The notes below the pieces were generated by a model, which was not told the DNA's origin, made no database searches, and saw only the letters and a list, made by a program, of their open reading frames with translations. This document shows, in pieces, positions 26,830-38,989 of a DNA stretch of 64,000 nucleotides; within the stretch, counting starts at the first letter, position 1; every line of letters begins with the position of its first letter. Made by a program: the position numbers and the translations under genes. The stretch is from Eledone cirrhosa. Its lineage: Eukaryota. The DNA lies in the NCBI GenBank assembly GCA_964016885.1, contig OZ024754.1, forward strand, positions 31,000,001 to 31,064,000, written 5' to 3'.

Positions 26830-27785
26830 TATGTCTTTGTGTCTGTGCGTGTACACGTGTGTATGTGTGTGTCTGTGTGTGTGCCTGTGTGTATGTTATA
26901 TTGCTTATAACACTTTTATTGTGTTTATCAATGTGTGTGTGTGTGTGTATGTGTGTCTGTGTGTGTACACGTGTGTATGTGTGTGTGTCTGTGTGTATGT
27001 TATATTGCTTATAACACTTTTATTGTGTTTATCAATGCGTGTGTGTGTGTGTGTGTGTCTGTGCGTGTACACGTGTGTATGTGTGTGTGTCTGTGTGTAT
27101 GTTATATTGCTTATAACACTTTTATTGTGTTTATCAATGTGTGTGTGTGTCTGTGCGTGTACACGTGTGTATGTGTGTGTATGTGTGTCTGTACGTGTGT
27201 ATGTGTGTGTGTGTATGTGCGTATGTTATATTGCTTATAACACTTTTATTGTGTTTATCAATGTGTGTGTGTGTGTGTGTGTGTGCGTGTACACGTGTGT
27301 ATGTGTGTGTATGTGTGTGTGTGTGTGTGTGTATGTTATATTGCTTATAAGACTTTTATTGTGTTTATCAATGTGTGTGTGTATGTGTGTCTGTACGTGT
27401 GTATGTGTGTGTGTCTGTGTGTATGTTATATTGCTTATAACACTTTTATTGTGTTTATCAATGTGTGTGTGTGTGTGTGTCTGTGCGTGTACACATGTGT
27501 ATGTGTGTGTCTGTGTGTATGTTATATTGCTTATAACACTTTTATTGTGTTTATCAATGTGTGTGTGTGTGTGTGTGTATGTGTGTCTGTGCGTGTACAC
27601 ATGTGTATGTGTGTGTCTGTGTGTATGTTATATTGCTTATAACACTTTTATTGTGTTTATCAATGTGTGTGTGTGTGTGTGTATGTGTGTCTGTGCGTGT
27701 ACACATGTGTATGTGTGTGTCTGTGTGTATGTTATATTGCTTATAACACTTTTATTGTGTTTATCAATGTGTGTGTGTGTGTGTG
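26830..27785. repeat. Array of a constant about 40-bp core (TATGTTATATTGCTTATAACACTTTTATTGTGTTTATCAAT), 9 copies with variable (TG)n spacers
   Basis: Seen directly in the sequence. Confidence 0.95.
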
Positions 27786-27893
27786 TGTGGCTATGTGTGT
27801 GTTTTTACTCGTCATTCATTCATTATCGCCAAGGCAACAGTAGTGTAGATTACATACATAGATATATACACACATAACCATACGTAATAATCA

Positions 27894-28001
<108 letters not shown>

Positions 28002-28232
28002 ATACACACATATCTTGATGCCAATATCCACTCAACCTTATGAATGCTAAAATAGGATTATACTATAGCCTAGTCTTATATCATCATCATCATCATCATC
28101 ATCATCACCGTTTTACGTCCGTTCTTCTACGCTAGCATGGGTTAGACGGGTTGTCCTGTTGTGTGCAGTGTCCGGTCGGCTGACCTTGTCTTGCTCATAC
28201 GGATATATATATATATATATATATGGCCCATT

Positions 28233-28303
<71 letters not shown>

Positions 28304-28309
28304 CTGTGT

Positions 28310-28367
<58 letters not shown>

Positions 28368-28479
28368 ATTAATACATTACATACATTTCCACTTATCTGG
28401 ACATATTTGCACATGCAAACGTAAAACAGTATTTGTGTTTGAGTATATACATGATTTTATACACACCACATACCTACAT

Positions 28480-28517
28480 ATATACATACATATATATACA
28501 TACACATATATATATAC

Positions 28518-28615
<98 letters not shown>

Positions 28616-28648
28616 CATGTATATATATACATATATATATATATATGC

Positions 28649-28691
<43 letters not shown>

Positions 28692-28746
28692 CACATATAT
28701 ATATACATATATATATATACATACATATATATACATATATATATAT

Positions 28747-28791
<45 letters not shown>

Positions 28792-28814
28792 CATATATAT
28801 ACATATATATATAT

Positions 28815-28845
<31 letters not shown>

Positions 28846-28910
28846 CATATATATACACATATATATATGCATATATATATATATATATATACACATATAT
28901 ATATATATAC

Positions 28911-28982
<72 letters not shown>
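28480..28982. repeat. (TA)n/(TACA)n microsatellite
   Basis: Seen directly in the sequence. Confidence 0.98.
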
Positions 28983-28986
<4 letters not shown>

Positions 28987-30165
28987 ATACACTATTAATG
29001 CATACATAACATAAATTGACTGAAGACACATGCACTTTTGTGCATGTGGATACTTGAAAGAAAACATGTGTTACACTGCAACCAGCTACAACTCACTACA
29101 GCAGGCTGATAATTAACTAAACAGGTTAGTGTGTTTCTCTTAATAATAATTGTTTCTGCTTTTGGCACAAGGGGCCAGCAATTACCCCAGTGCATTACTG
29201 GTACTTTATTTTATCGACCCCCCCCCCCCCCGTAAGGATGAAAGGCGAGGTTAACCTCGGCGGGATTTAAACTCAGAATGGCAAGGGCCGTAACTCTATG
29301 CTGCAAAGCATGCTCTCTGACGCTCTACTGATACTGTCAATCCACTGCCCTTTTCTACTTTTGGCACAAGGCCAGCAATTACCCCAATAATAATAATAAT
29401 AATTGTTTCTACGTTTGGCACAAGGCCAGCAATTACCCAGTGCATTACTGGTACTTCATTTTATCGACCCCGTAAGGATGAAAGGCAAAGTTAACCTCGA
29501 CGGGATTTGAACTCAGATCGTAAAGGGACGTAACTATGCTGGAAAGCATGGCGTCCGACCTTCTACCAATACTGCCAAAATAATAATAATGGTTTCTTTA
29601 TTTGCCACACAGGGTTTACATTAAGAGTACAATAAGGACGGTACAAGAGAGTACAGTGTGGGTGGGGGGTTGGGGGTTGTGTGAGGGAAAGATTTATAAA
29701 GAAGACTAAAAGATAAATATTTAAAATAAAACATAACAAATTCACCAAAAGTGGGGATACCTCTGAGGGTCACCCATGGAGAAAGCCCTAAAAAAAAACC
29801 ATGGTAACCTTGACTGCTAGGGCAGGTGCTCACTCTCAGATGTTCTCCTCTGATATACAGGCACATACTCAAAGCAAGCCCACTCACACAGACCATGCTC
29901 ACCTCTTCCACCCACCTTTCAACAAACTGGGTTAGAAAGCAGCATTTCCTTCTCAACCCTGATTTTGTCCTTCAGGGGATACCTAAAAAAGTATAATAAT
30001 GATAATAACACTAATAATAATTGTTTCTACTTTTGGCACAAGGCCAGCAATTGTCCCAGTACATTACTGGTACTTTAGTTTATCGACCCCGTAAGGATGA
30101 AAGGTAAAGTTAACCTCAACAGGATTTGAACTCAGATCGTAAAGGGACATAACTATGCTGGAAAG

Positions 30166-30475
30166 CATGGTGTCCGACCCTCTAGCGATACTGCCAATTC
30201 ACCACCCTAACATGGTGTCCGACCCTCTACCGATACTGACAATTTACCACCCTAGCATGATGTCCGACCCTCTACCGATACTGCCAATCCACCACCCTAG
30301 CATGGTGTTCGACCCTCTACCGATACTGCTAATTCACCACCCTAACATGGTGTCCGACCCTCTACCGATACTGCCAATTCACCACCCTAGCATTATGTCC
30401 GACCCTCTACCGATACTGCCAATTCACCACCCTAGCATGGTGTCCGACCCTCTACCGATACTGCCAATTCACCAA
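30166..30475. repeat. 45-bp minisatellite, 7 copies, derived from the SINE C head
   Basis: CATGGTGTCCGACCCTCTACCGATACTGCCAATTCACCACCCTAG repeated, continuous with the SINE at 30015. Confidence 0.9.
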
Positions 30476-30760
30476 CACTAATAATAATGATGATGATTTC
30501 TTTTATTAACCACAAAGGGTTTACAAAAAGAAAACATTGAAGACAGCACAGCATGGTACTACATAACTTTATTTCATTCTATTCCATAATTACATAAGTT
30601 TTAGATAATCTGACACTCTTATATGGTAGGATATCATTCTGTTGTAAACATGCTTTGTAAAACATGATGTGCACATGTATGTATAAAGTAAATGATATAT
30701 CTATAACTATGTAACGTGTGTGACGTGAACAATCTGGTGTGTTTATTTTATTTTATTTAT

Positions 30761-30841
30761 TTATTGTGGTTTATTAATGTATGCAGCGAGTTTCTCTGCC
30801 CGGGGTGTCAGGAAGACACTCGGCAAGAACTGGTAACAAAA
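30761..30841 (-). other. Candidate terminal coding exon of an unidentified minus-strand gene
   Basis: Strong acceptor TTTTTCCTCTTCCTTCAG|; frame FCYQFLPSVFLTPRAEKLAAYINKPQ*; AATAAA repeats at and after the stop. Confidence 0.4.
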
Positions 30842-31374
30842 CTGAAGGAAGAGGAAAAACACTAATAGTAATAATAATAATAATTTCTGATTTAGGCCCA
30901 AAGCCAGCAATTACCCAGTACATTACTGGTACTTTATTTTATCGACCCCGTAAGGATGAAAGGCAAAGTTGATTTCTGATTTAGGCAAAAGGCCAACAAT
31001 TTGGGGGGAGGGGAAAGTTGATTAAATCGACCCTAGTGCATAACTGGTACTTTATTTATCGACCCCGTAAGGACGAAAGGCAAAGCTAACCTCCACGGGA
31101 TTTGAACTCAGAATGTAAAGGGCAATAACTCTATGCTGCGAAGCTCTACCGATTCTGCCAATAATAATGGTTTCTTTCTTTATTTATTTAAATAATTATG
31201 ATGATAATTTAATTAATTTTCCAAAAGGGTGCTGGATGAAGGCGACATTATATAAAATGTGGGGCACCACATGAAAATCTTATAATTAGGGTTAGAAAAA
31301 AAAAAACGATATATGAAAATATACTGGCAGAAATACAACTTGAAGGGTGGTAGGGTGGTATTTCTACCAGTGAA

Positions 31375-31600
31375 TGTCTGTGTATGTTTGTGGGAATGTT
31401 TGTATGTGTGTGTGTCAGTGTGTGCATATGTATGTGTGTATGTTTGTGGGAATGTTTGAATATGTTTGTATGTATGTGTGTCAGTGTGTGCATATGTATG
31501 TGTGTATGTTTGTGGGAATGTTTGAATATGTTTGTATGTATGTGTGTCAGTGTGTGCATATGTATGTGTGTATGTTTGTGGGAATGTTTGAATGTGTGTA
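31375..31600. repeat. About 66-bp TG-rich tandem repeat, 3-4 copies
   Basis: TGTATGTTTGTGGGAATGTTTG recurs. Confidence 0.9.
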
Positions 31601-32126
31601 TGTGTGTATCTGCATGTGTCTGTCAGTGCATGTGTCAGTGTATGTGTGTATGTGTGTATGTGTCATAATATATCTATCAATATATACAAATGTTTGAAAA
31701 GAGGAAAACAATATGTTTTACATATAAATGAATATATCTCATCTTGCAGCTTGATTAATTTAATATAATGAGGTTTATGGTCTACAAAATGGTGACACCT
31801 CCATACCCACCCACACACCCCACACAAACCCACCCACTCCACACCCACCCACACACGCCCACACCCACCCACACACACCACGCACCTCACACCCACCCAT
31901 ACACCAATTTAATTAAGCAAAGATGAGATGTGAACCTGTAATAAGCAGATTGAAACAGCACAGTACCTACAATGAGATTTCAAAACCAATCTTAAAATAA
32001 AATATTATCTTTATTGACTTTTAGACACTCCACACTCTCTATTGTAGGAGTATGTAGTGTGGTGAGACATTCTAACCACATGCCCTCCCCCCACTCCCCA
32101 TCCATAAAATTATACCTTGGCATTAA

Positions 32127-32911
32127 CCCTTTAGTTACCGACCCAGCCAAAACTCGCTCTGGTTCTATGAAATAAAACCACCTATTTTAAAGGGTTTCTG
32201 TTCAGCCCTTTAGTTACCGACCCAGCCAAAACTCGCTCTGGTTCTATGAAATAAAACCACCTATTTTAAAGGGTTTCTGTTCAGCCCTTTAGTTACCGAC
32301 CCAGCCAAAACCAGCTCTGGTTCTATTAAATAAAACCACCTATTTTAAAGGGTTTCTGTTCAACCCTTTAGTTACCGACCCAGCCAAAACCAGCTCTGGT
32401 TCTATGAAATAAAACCACCTATTTTAAAAGGTTTCTGTTCAACCCTTTAGTTACCGACCCAGCCAAAACCAGCTCTGGTTCTATGAAATAAAACCACCTA
32501 TTTTAAAGGGTTTCTGTTCAACCCTTTAGTTACCAACCCAGCCAAAACCAGCTCTGGTTCTATTAAATAAAACCACCTATTTTAAAGGGTTTCTGTTCAA
32601 CCCTTTAGTTACCAACCCAGCCAAAACCAGCTCTGGTTCTATGAAATAAAACCACCTATTTTAAAGGGTTTCTGTTCAACCCTTTAGTTACCAACCCACC
32701 CAAAACTGGTTCTGGTTCTATGAATTAAAGCCACCCATTTTAAAGGTTTCCAATTTAAATTAAAATCTTTCAACATAATTTCATATAAGAACCTTACATT
32801 AAATTACTATCTTAGTAATGAAATAATTGATAATTTTAGTAAATCCCTCAAAGTTCTTCACTAATTAATTAAAATAGACTGTATTTCATTAGAAATGTGG
32901 TCATGAAAGGG
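32127..32911. mobile_element. piggyBac-type MITE whose left end is amplified as a 79-bp tandem array (8 copies)
   Basis: TTAA|CCCTTT ... AAAGGG|TTAA; an empty-site paralogue GGCATTAAGCTGGAAT lies about 55 bp downstream. Confidence 0.8.
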
Positions 32912-32967
32912 TTAAGCTGGAATAACCTCTATTGTAGGAGTGTGTAGTGTAACTACATGCCCTCTGG

Positions 32968-33035
32968 CATTAAGCTGGAATCCAACTTCAGATCAGCAAA
33001 TAAAGTGTTCTGGCAGACCATCCACCGACTTCATA
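32968..33035 (+). mobile_element. Small RTE LINE fragment
   Basis: KLESNFRSANKVFWQTIHRL resembles the RTE endonuclease-RT linker. Confidence 0.5.
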
Positions 33036-33169
33036 ATAAGTCCCCCTCCACACCTGCTATCTGGAAGACATAATTAAAAAACAAAATTTCTTTAGTGACA
33101 GGAGAATGATATAATTGTGCCACACTTCTTCGATTTTACACTTTATTTATTCAAGTACAATACTTGTAT

Positions 33170-33597
33170 AGGCGGCGAATTGGCAAAGTTGTTAGAACGT
33201 CTGATAGAATACTTTATGGTATTTATTCCAAGTCCCTGCTCTCTGAGTTCAAATCCCGCCGAGGTCAACTTTGCCTTTCATCCTTTCGAGGTCGATAAGA
33301 AAACATACCAGTCTAGTACTGTGATCGATTTTTCCTCTCTCTGGAAGAAATCTGCTATACTCAGGCCTGGAGAAGGATGGGCTCTGCCAGACTTAAAATG
33401 CCCAAGGAGTTACTGGACCATACATACAATACTTATATTTGCCAGAAGTAGAAAACCATGCAGACATATGCACAGAGATTCACATTTATTGTTGGCAGAA
33501 TCGGTAGAGCATTGGAGAACATGTTGTGTGACATACAGTTATGGCCCTTTACATTGTGAGTTCAAATCCCACTGAGGTTAGCTTTGCCTTTCATCCT
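33170..33597 (+). mobile_element. Two SINE family C-like copies (33170-33330 and 33490-33597)
   Basis: GAGTTCAAATCCCGCCGAGGTCAACTTTGCCTTTCATCCT. Confidence 0.75.
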
Positions 33598-33602
33598 AAC
33601 AT

Positions 33603-33652
<50 letters not shown>

Positions 33653-33840
33653 GCACGCACACTCATACATACATATACATAAACACATACATATACATAC
33701 AGGCAGACATACACATACACACATACATATATCAAGACATATATATCATACATACACACACAGATTACATATACACACATACAAATACATATATACATAT
33801 ACACACATAAGTACATACATACAAACAAATACACACACAC

Positions 33841-33873
<33 letters not shown>

Positions 33874-34199
33874 TGCATGCATACATACATGCATGCATGC
33901 ATACATACATACATACATACATACATACATACATACATACATACATACATACATAATGTGGTAAGTTATGAGCTAGTCAGATACATAATTAATTAAGTAA
34001 TACAGGATGGTATCATACCAAATGACTGGCACAGCAGTATCATTGTAAACTGTTGCAATGGTAAAGGAGACACATAAGAGTGAGATAACTAGCAGCATCA
34101 TCATTGTGACCACTGTGAAACATTCATCACAAAGTCTCTCAACAATTCACAATAATATTTTCTATTGTCCTGGCAACTGTTCCCTACTGAGTTTTGTAT

Positions 34200-35595
34200 C
34201 ATCTGAGAGTTGATCAATGAAAGTTCAAGTTGGTCTTCCTCTACTCTCTCCTGTGAGTTAGTTCCCACAATGGTAGCTTGTGTATAATATCCTGAGTTGT
34301 TCAATGAAGGTTCAAGTTGGTCTTCCTCTACTGTCTCCTGTGAGTTAGTTCCCACAATGGTAGCTTGTGTATAACATCCTGAGTTGTTCAATGAAGGTTC
34401 AAGTTGGTCTTCCTCTACTCTCTCCTGTGAGTTAGTTCCCACAATGGTAGCTTGTGTATAATATCCTGAGTTGTTCAATGAAGGTTCAAGTTGGTCTTCC
34501 TCTACTGTCTCCTGTGAGTTAGTTCCCACAATGGTAGCTTGTGTATAACATCCTGAGTTGTTCAATGAAGGTTCAAGTTGGTCTTCCTCTACTCTCTCCT
34601 GTGAGTTAGTTCCCACAATGGTAGCTTGTGTATAACATCCTGAGTTGTTCAATGAAGGTTCAAGTTGGTCTTCCTCTACTGTCTCCTGTGAGTTAGTTCC
34701 CACAATGGTAGCTTGTGTATAACATCCTGAGTTGTTCAATGAAGGTTCAAGTTGGTCTTCCTCTACTCTCTCCTGTGAGTTAGTTCCCACAATGGTAGCT
34801 TGTGTATAATATCCTGAGTTGTTCAATGAAGGTTCAAGTTGGTCTTCCTCTACTGTCTCCTGTGAGTTAGTTCCCACAATGGTAGCTTGTGTATAACATC
34901 CTGAGTTGTTCAATGAAGGTTCAAGTTGGTCTTCCTCTACTCTCTCCTGTGAGTTAGTTCCCACAATGGTAGCTTGTGTATAACATCCTGAGTTGTTCAA
35001 TGAAGGTTCAAGTTGGTCTTCCTCTACTGTCTCCTGTGAGTTAGTTCCCACAATGGTAGCTTGTGTATAACATCCTGAGTTGTTCAATGAAGGTTCAAGT
35101 TGGTCTTCCTCTACTCTCTCCTGTGAGTTAGTTCCCACAATGGTAGCTTGTGTATAATATCCTGAGTTGTTCAATGAAGGTTCAAGTTGGTCTTCCTCTA
35201 CTGTCTCCTGTGAGTTAGTTCCCACAATGGTAGCTTGTGTATAACATCCTGAGTTGTTCAATGAAGGTTCAAGTTGGTCTTCCTCTACTCTCTCCTGTGA
35301 GTTAGTTCCCACAATGGTAGCTTGTGTATAACATCCTGAGTTGTTCAATGAAGGTTCAAGTTGGTCTTCCTCTACTGTCTCCTGTGAGTTAGTTCCCACA
35401 ATGGTAGCTTGTGTATAACATCCTGAGTTGTTCAATGAAGGTTCAAGTTGGTCTTCCTCTACTGTCTCCTGTGAGTTAGTTCCCACAATGGTAGCTTGTG
35501 TATAACATCCTGAGTTGATCAATGAAGGTTTGAGCAGGTCTTCCTCTATGGCGTCTCCTGTGAGTTAGTTCCCACAATAGTAGCTTGTGTATAAT
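34200..35595 (-). repeat. 87-bp minisatellite, about 16 copies, derived from a LINE C-terminal segment; open 473-codon frame at 34101-35522
   Basis: 29-aa repeat NNSGCYTQATIVGTNSQE(T/R)VEEDQLEPSL occurs 15 times; the progenitor unit at 35520-35600 encodes HKLLLWELTHRRRHRGRP in the LINE frame. Confidence 0.9.
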
Positions 35596-35870
35596 TTCCT
35601 GTTTACTGCCCCAGCAATGTCTACAAATCGTAACCATCTTTGAACAATTGTAGTCATTATCTTGAGCAAGTTTCTGTATAAACTTTTATTTGTAATACGT
35701 TGACGCCAGTTTATGTTTTGTACAATCCTAAGCATTTTTGTGTATGTACTATCTAGTTTATTCTCAATTGCTTGTGTTAGGGTCCTAATACCTGATCCAT
35801 ACAACAATACTGACTCAAGTGCTTGTGTCAGGGTCCATGTACCTGATCCATATAACAACACTGACTCAAC
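35520..35870 (-). mobile_element. LINE (RTE-like) post-RT fragment
   Basis: ESVLLYGSGTWTLT..KLDSTYTKMLRIVQNINWRQRITNKSLY. Confidence 0.85.
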
Positions 35871-35899
35871 ATGCTCTGAAAAATGATATTTTTTTATTT

Positions 35900-36215
35900 T
35901 TTGGAGGTAACTATAGAAGCATCAATTTGATGGATCAGGTAATGAAAGCTGCTGAAAGGATTACACAACTAATTAGGGACAGAACTAAGTTAGATGATAG
36001 GCAGTTTGTCTTTATGGCAGACAGGAGTACTTATGATGCCTTCTTTCTGGGGGGACAACTGCAAGTGAAGTACTTAGTTAAGAATAACTCACTGTACCTA
36101 TCATTTGTAGATCTGGAGAAGGCCTTTGATAGGGCCTGCCATTCTGTAATCTGGTGGGTACTTATGAAGCTAGGTTAGATAAATGGCTTGTGAGTGCCAT
36201 GCAAGCCATGTATAA
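35900..36215 (+). mobile_element. RTE reverse transcriptase fragment
   Basis: NYRSINLMDQVMK...LYLSFVDLEKAFDRA. Confidence 0.85.
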
Positions 36216-36624
36216 CGGTGTTGGTGGTGATGGTGGTGGTGGTGTTGTTAGTGTTGGTTTTGATAGTGGTGATAGTGGTGGTGGTGGTGGTGGTGGTGGT
36301 GATTAGTGGTGGGTAGTGGAGGCAGTGGTGATATACACATACTTAACAATTGTCAGCTTTAGCAGAAGAACACTAGTTTTATTAGTGGGTGGGCATGAGG
36401 TTGTGTAAATCAATCACTTTGCTCTCTATACATGTGTGCTAGTGATTTGACAGCTACATGGAGACATGGAGGGTAAGAGGTAACCAACCAGAAAACATAA
36501 GGGACGAGTACTAAAGGACACACTAAGTCTTGCTAAAGTGATTTCATACATTTTAACTGTTTCTAATACTTCACTACCTTATAGATTGCATCTCTTTAGT
36601 GTATATATATTGTGTGTATATATG

Positions 36625-36657
<33 letters not shown>

Positions 36658-36675
36658 ATATATATATATACTATA

Positions 36676-36721
<46 letters not shown>

Positions 36722-36843
36722 TTACTATAGTGTGTGTATATATATATATACACATATATACTATAGTATATACCTAGTGAGAGAGAGAGAGAAAGAAAGA
36801 TGTATATACATATAAATATATATATATATATGTATATATATAT

Positions 36844-36925
<82 letters not shown>

Positions 36926-37303
36926 TACATGTATATATATATACACACACATACATATATATATACACGCACATATATATATATATATACACACATATGT
37001 GTATGTGTATATATAGGTGTGTGTGTATGTATGAATTGTATATGTGTATATGTATAATACATACACAAGTGAATATGGATGCACTCACGCATGGTGTTTG
37101 TTCTATGTTATATTTGATAGCAGATGTCACAAAGCAAGCAACCCATTAATATATATACATCAATATATATCTATATATATATATATATACACACACTCAC
37201 ACACACACTCACACACACATACACATACACATATATATATATATATATAAATCATTGTCGTTCTTTCAACTGCTTTACATTGCTAGCAATTATATATATA
37301 TAT

Positions 37304-37371
<68 letters not shown>

Positions 37372-37410
37372 GATATTAACAAATGGAAACTATATTTATA
37401 AAACCATATT

Positions 37411-37475
37411 TATTTCATTATACATATTTCAAGGACACCACGTTAAATTATGGTGTGTTTTCATCAGACAAAATA
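37411..37475 (-). ncRNA. Minimal hammerhead ribozyme (mirror copy)
   Basis: Reverse complement of 37597-37661. Confidence 0.7.
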
Positions 37476-37596
37476 AAATATAGATCAGTTTTATAAATAA
37501 ATATTGACATACCCTTAAAAAAATGCAACCATTACAGTAACGGTTGCATTTTTTTAAGGGTATGTCAATATTTATTTATAAAACTGATCTATATTT

Positions 37597-37661
37597 TATT
37601 TTGTCTGATGAAAACACACCATAATTTAACGTGGTGTCCTTGAAATATGTATAATGAAATA
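37597..37661 (+). ncRNA. Minimal type I hammerhead ribozyme
   Basis: Stem I TATTTTGT/ATGAAATA, CTGATGA at 37605-37611, stem II ACACCA/TGGTGT, GAAA at 37642-37645, near-palindromic stem III, ATA triplet. Confidence 0.7.
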
Positions 37662-37937
37662 AATATGGTTTTATAAATATAGTTTCCATTTGTTAATATC
37701 GTATGTTTACTCCAAATACTTGTTGAGTGCTTTATATCAGTTATAAAAATATTTGCTTGTTGTATCCCAACAATTTAAATAGAACTTTCGCATATATATA
37801 TATGTATGTATGTATATATGTGTGTATGTATGTATATATGTGTGTATATATGTATGTATATATATGTGTATATATATGTGTATATATATATATGTGTGTG
37901 TATATGTATATGTATATATATATGTGTGAGTATATAA

Positions 37938-38008
<71 letters not shown>

Positions 38009-38014
38009 TATATG

Positions 38015-38045
<31 letters not shown>

Positions 38046-38396
38046 CCAATGTTTGATGGCAAATATAGAATACTATTGAGAATACACTCAACTAGTTTTC
38101 TATTGCCTTCTCATCAATGTAATATCCGCGATATATGACGATATCACTGTAGTATATGTAATATTTGATATGAAACCCTAGATGTTAGGGAAATCATTAA
38201 TTGAACTATAGAGTGTAATATGCTGTAAATATGATATTAATAGCTTCTACAAAGATATTCACTCTGTCTCTCATGTGATATTCCTACATCCAACAATTAT
38301 GTTTTGGACTCACTATTTACCTTCATGAAACCTAAACCGTCTCTATAATAATTTCATAGTTCTAGGCACAAACATTAGTAATAAAATACAGACATA

Positions 38397-38905
38397 TCAT
38401 CATCATCATCATCATCATCACCGTTTTACGTCCGTTCTTCCACGCTAGCATGGGTTAGACGGGTTCTCCTGTCGTGGGCAGTGTCTGGTCGGCTGACCAT
38501 GCCTTGCTCATACAGGAACTGATTTTGGCTTGATTTCTACAGCTGGATGCCCTTCCTAACACCAACCTCATTTACAGTGAGTGCTGGGTGCTTTTTCGTG
38601 GCGCCTACACGTCCACTTTACAGTGTGGGCTGGGTGCTTTTTTGCCGTGGCACCTCCACGACCACCTTGCAGTGGGGGGGTGTGGGGGCATATTGTCTAT
38701 ATGCTTCAGCTTGTACCCATGGGAGGTCGGGTACTCTGTATTACTGCATGACGCCAGAGGTCACGGTCGTGTGTCATTGCCTTTGAGAGGTGTAATTGGG
38801 TAAGGTCGGCTTTTATCACCTCATCCCAGGTCATCTTGAGTCTCCCCACTCCGCGGTTTCCATCGACTTCTAGTGCTCTGCACCTTTTTATGCAGCTGTC
38901 ATCCT
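38397..38905 (-). mobile_element. RTE LINE 3' end
   Basis: (CAT)n tail, UTR and a GRLKMTWDEVIK-like C-terminus on the minus strand. Confidence 0.8.
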
Positions 38906-38989
38906 ATGTATATATATATATATATATATATATCTCCAAACCCATGCAAGCGTGGAACACGGACGTTAAACGTTGATGATGATGATATA

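Larger units (their letters stand above)
29144..31160 (-). mobile_element. Cluster of SINE family C copies (about 29144-29350, 29398-29578, 30015-30200, 30880-31160)
   Basis: Repeated TTGGCACAAGGCCAGCAATTACCCAG...TACTGGTACTTTATTTTATCGACCCCGTAAGGATGAAAGGC. Confidence 0.85.
37371..37790. mobile_element. Family H element as a 160-bp-arm palindrome (37371-37701) plus a tail, in (TA)n
   Basis: Arms 37371-37530 and 37542-37701 are reverse complements. Confidence 0.9.

Noticed and set aside
26830-27785. CRISPR-like repeat and spacer appearance
   Set aside because: Spacers are related (TG)n tracts rather than unique sequences; eukaryotic context and no cas genes
28159-29067. YI, CV and HT dipeptide ORFs throughout the window
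   Set aside because: Translations of (TA)n, (TG)n and (CA)n microsatellites
29585-29990. Possible L1/Tx1-like 3' end on the minus strand
   Set aside because: Only a vague peptide resemblance and no diagnostic motif, so not called as a feature
30787-30832. Plus-strand exon EFLCPGCQEDTRQEL (CxxC, RING-like)
   Set aside because: Weak donor (GTAACA); the minus-strand acceptor, stop and poly(A) signals fit better, though this is not excluded
32960-33060. Minus-strand exon after acceptor TTATGTCTTCCAG
   Set aside because: Plus strand matches an RTE LINE peptide, and the minus frames close quickly
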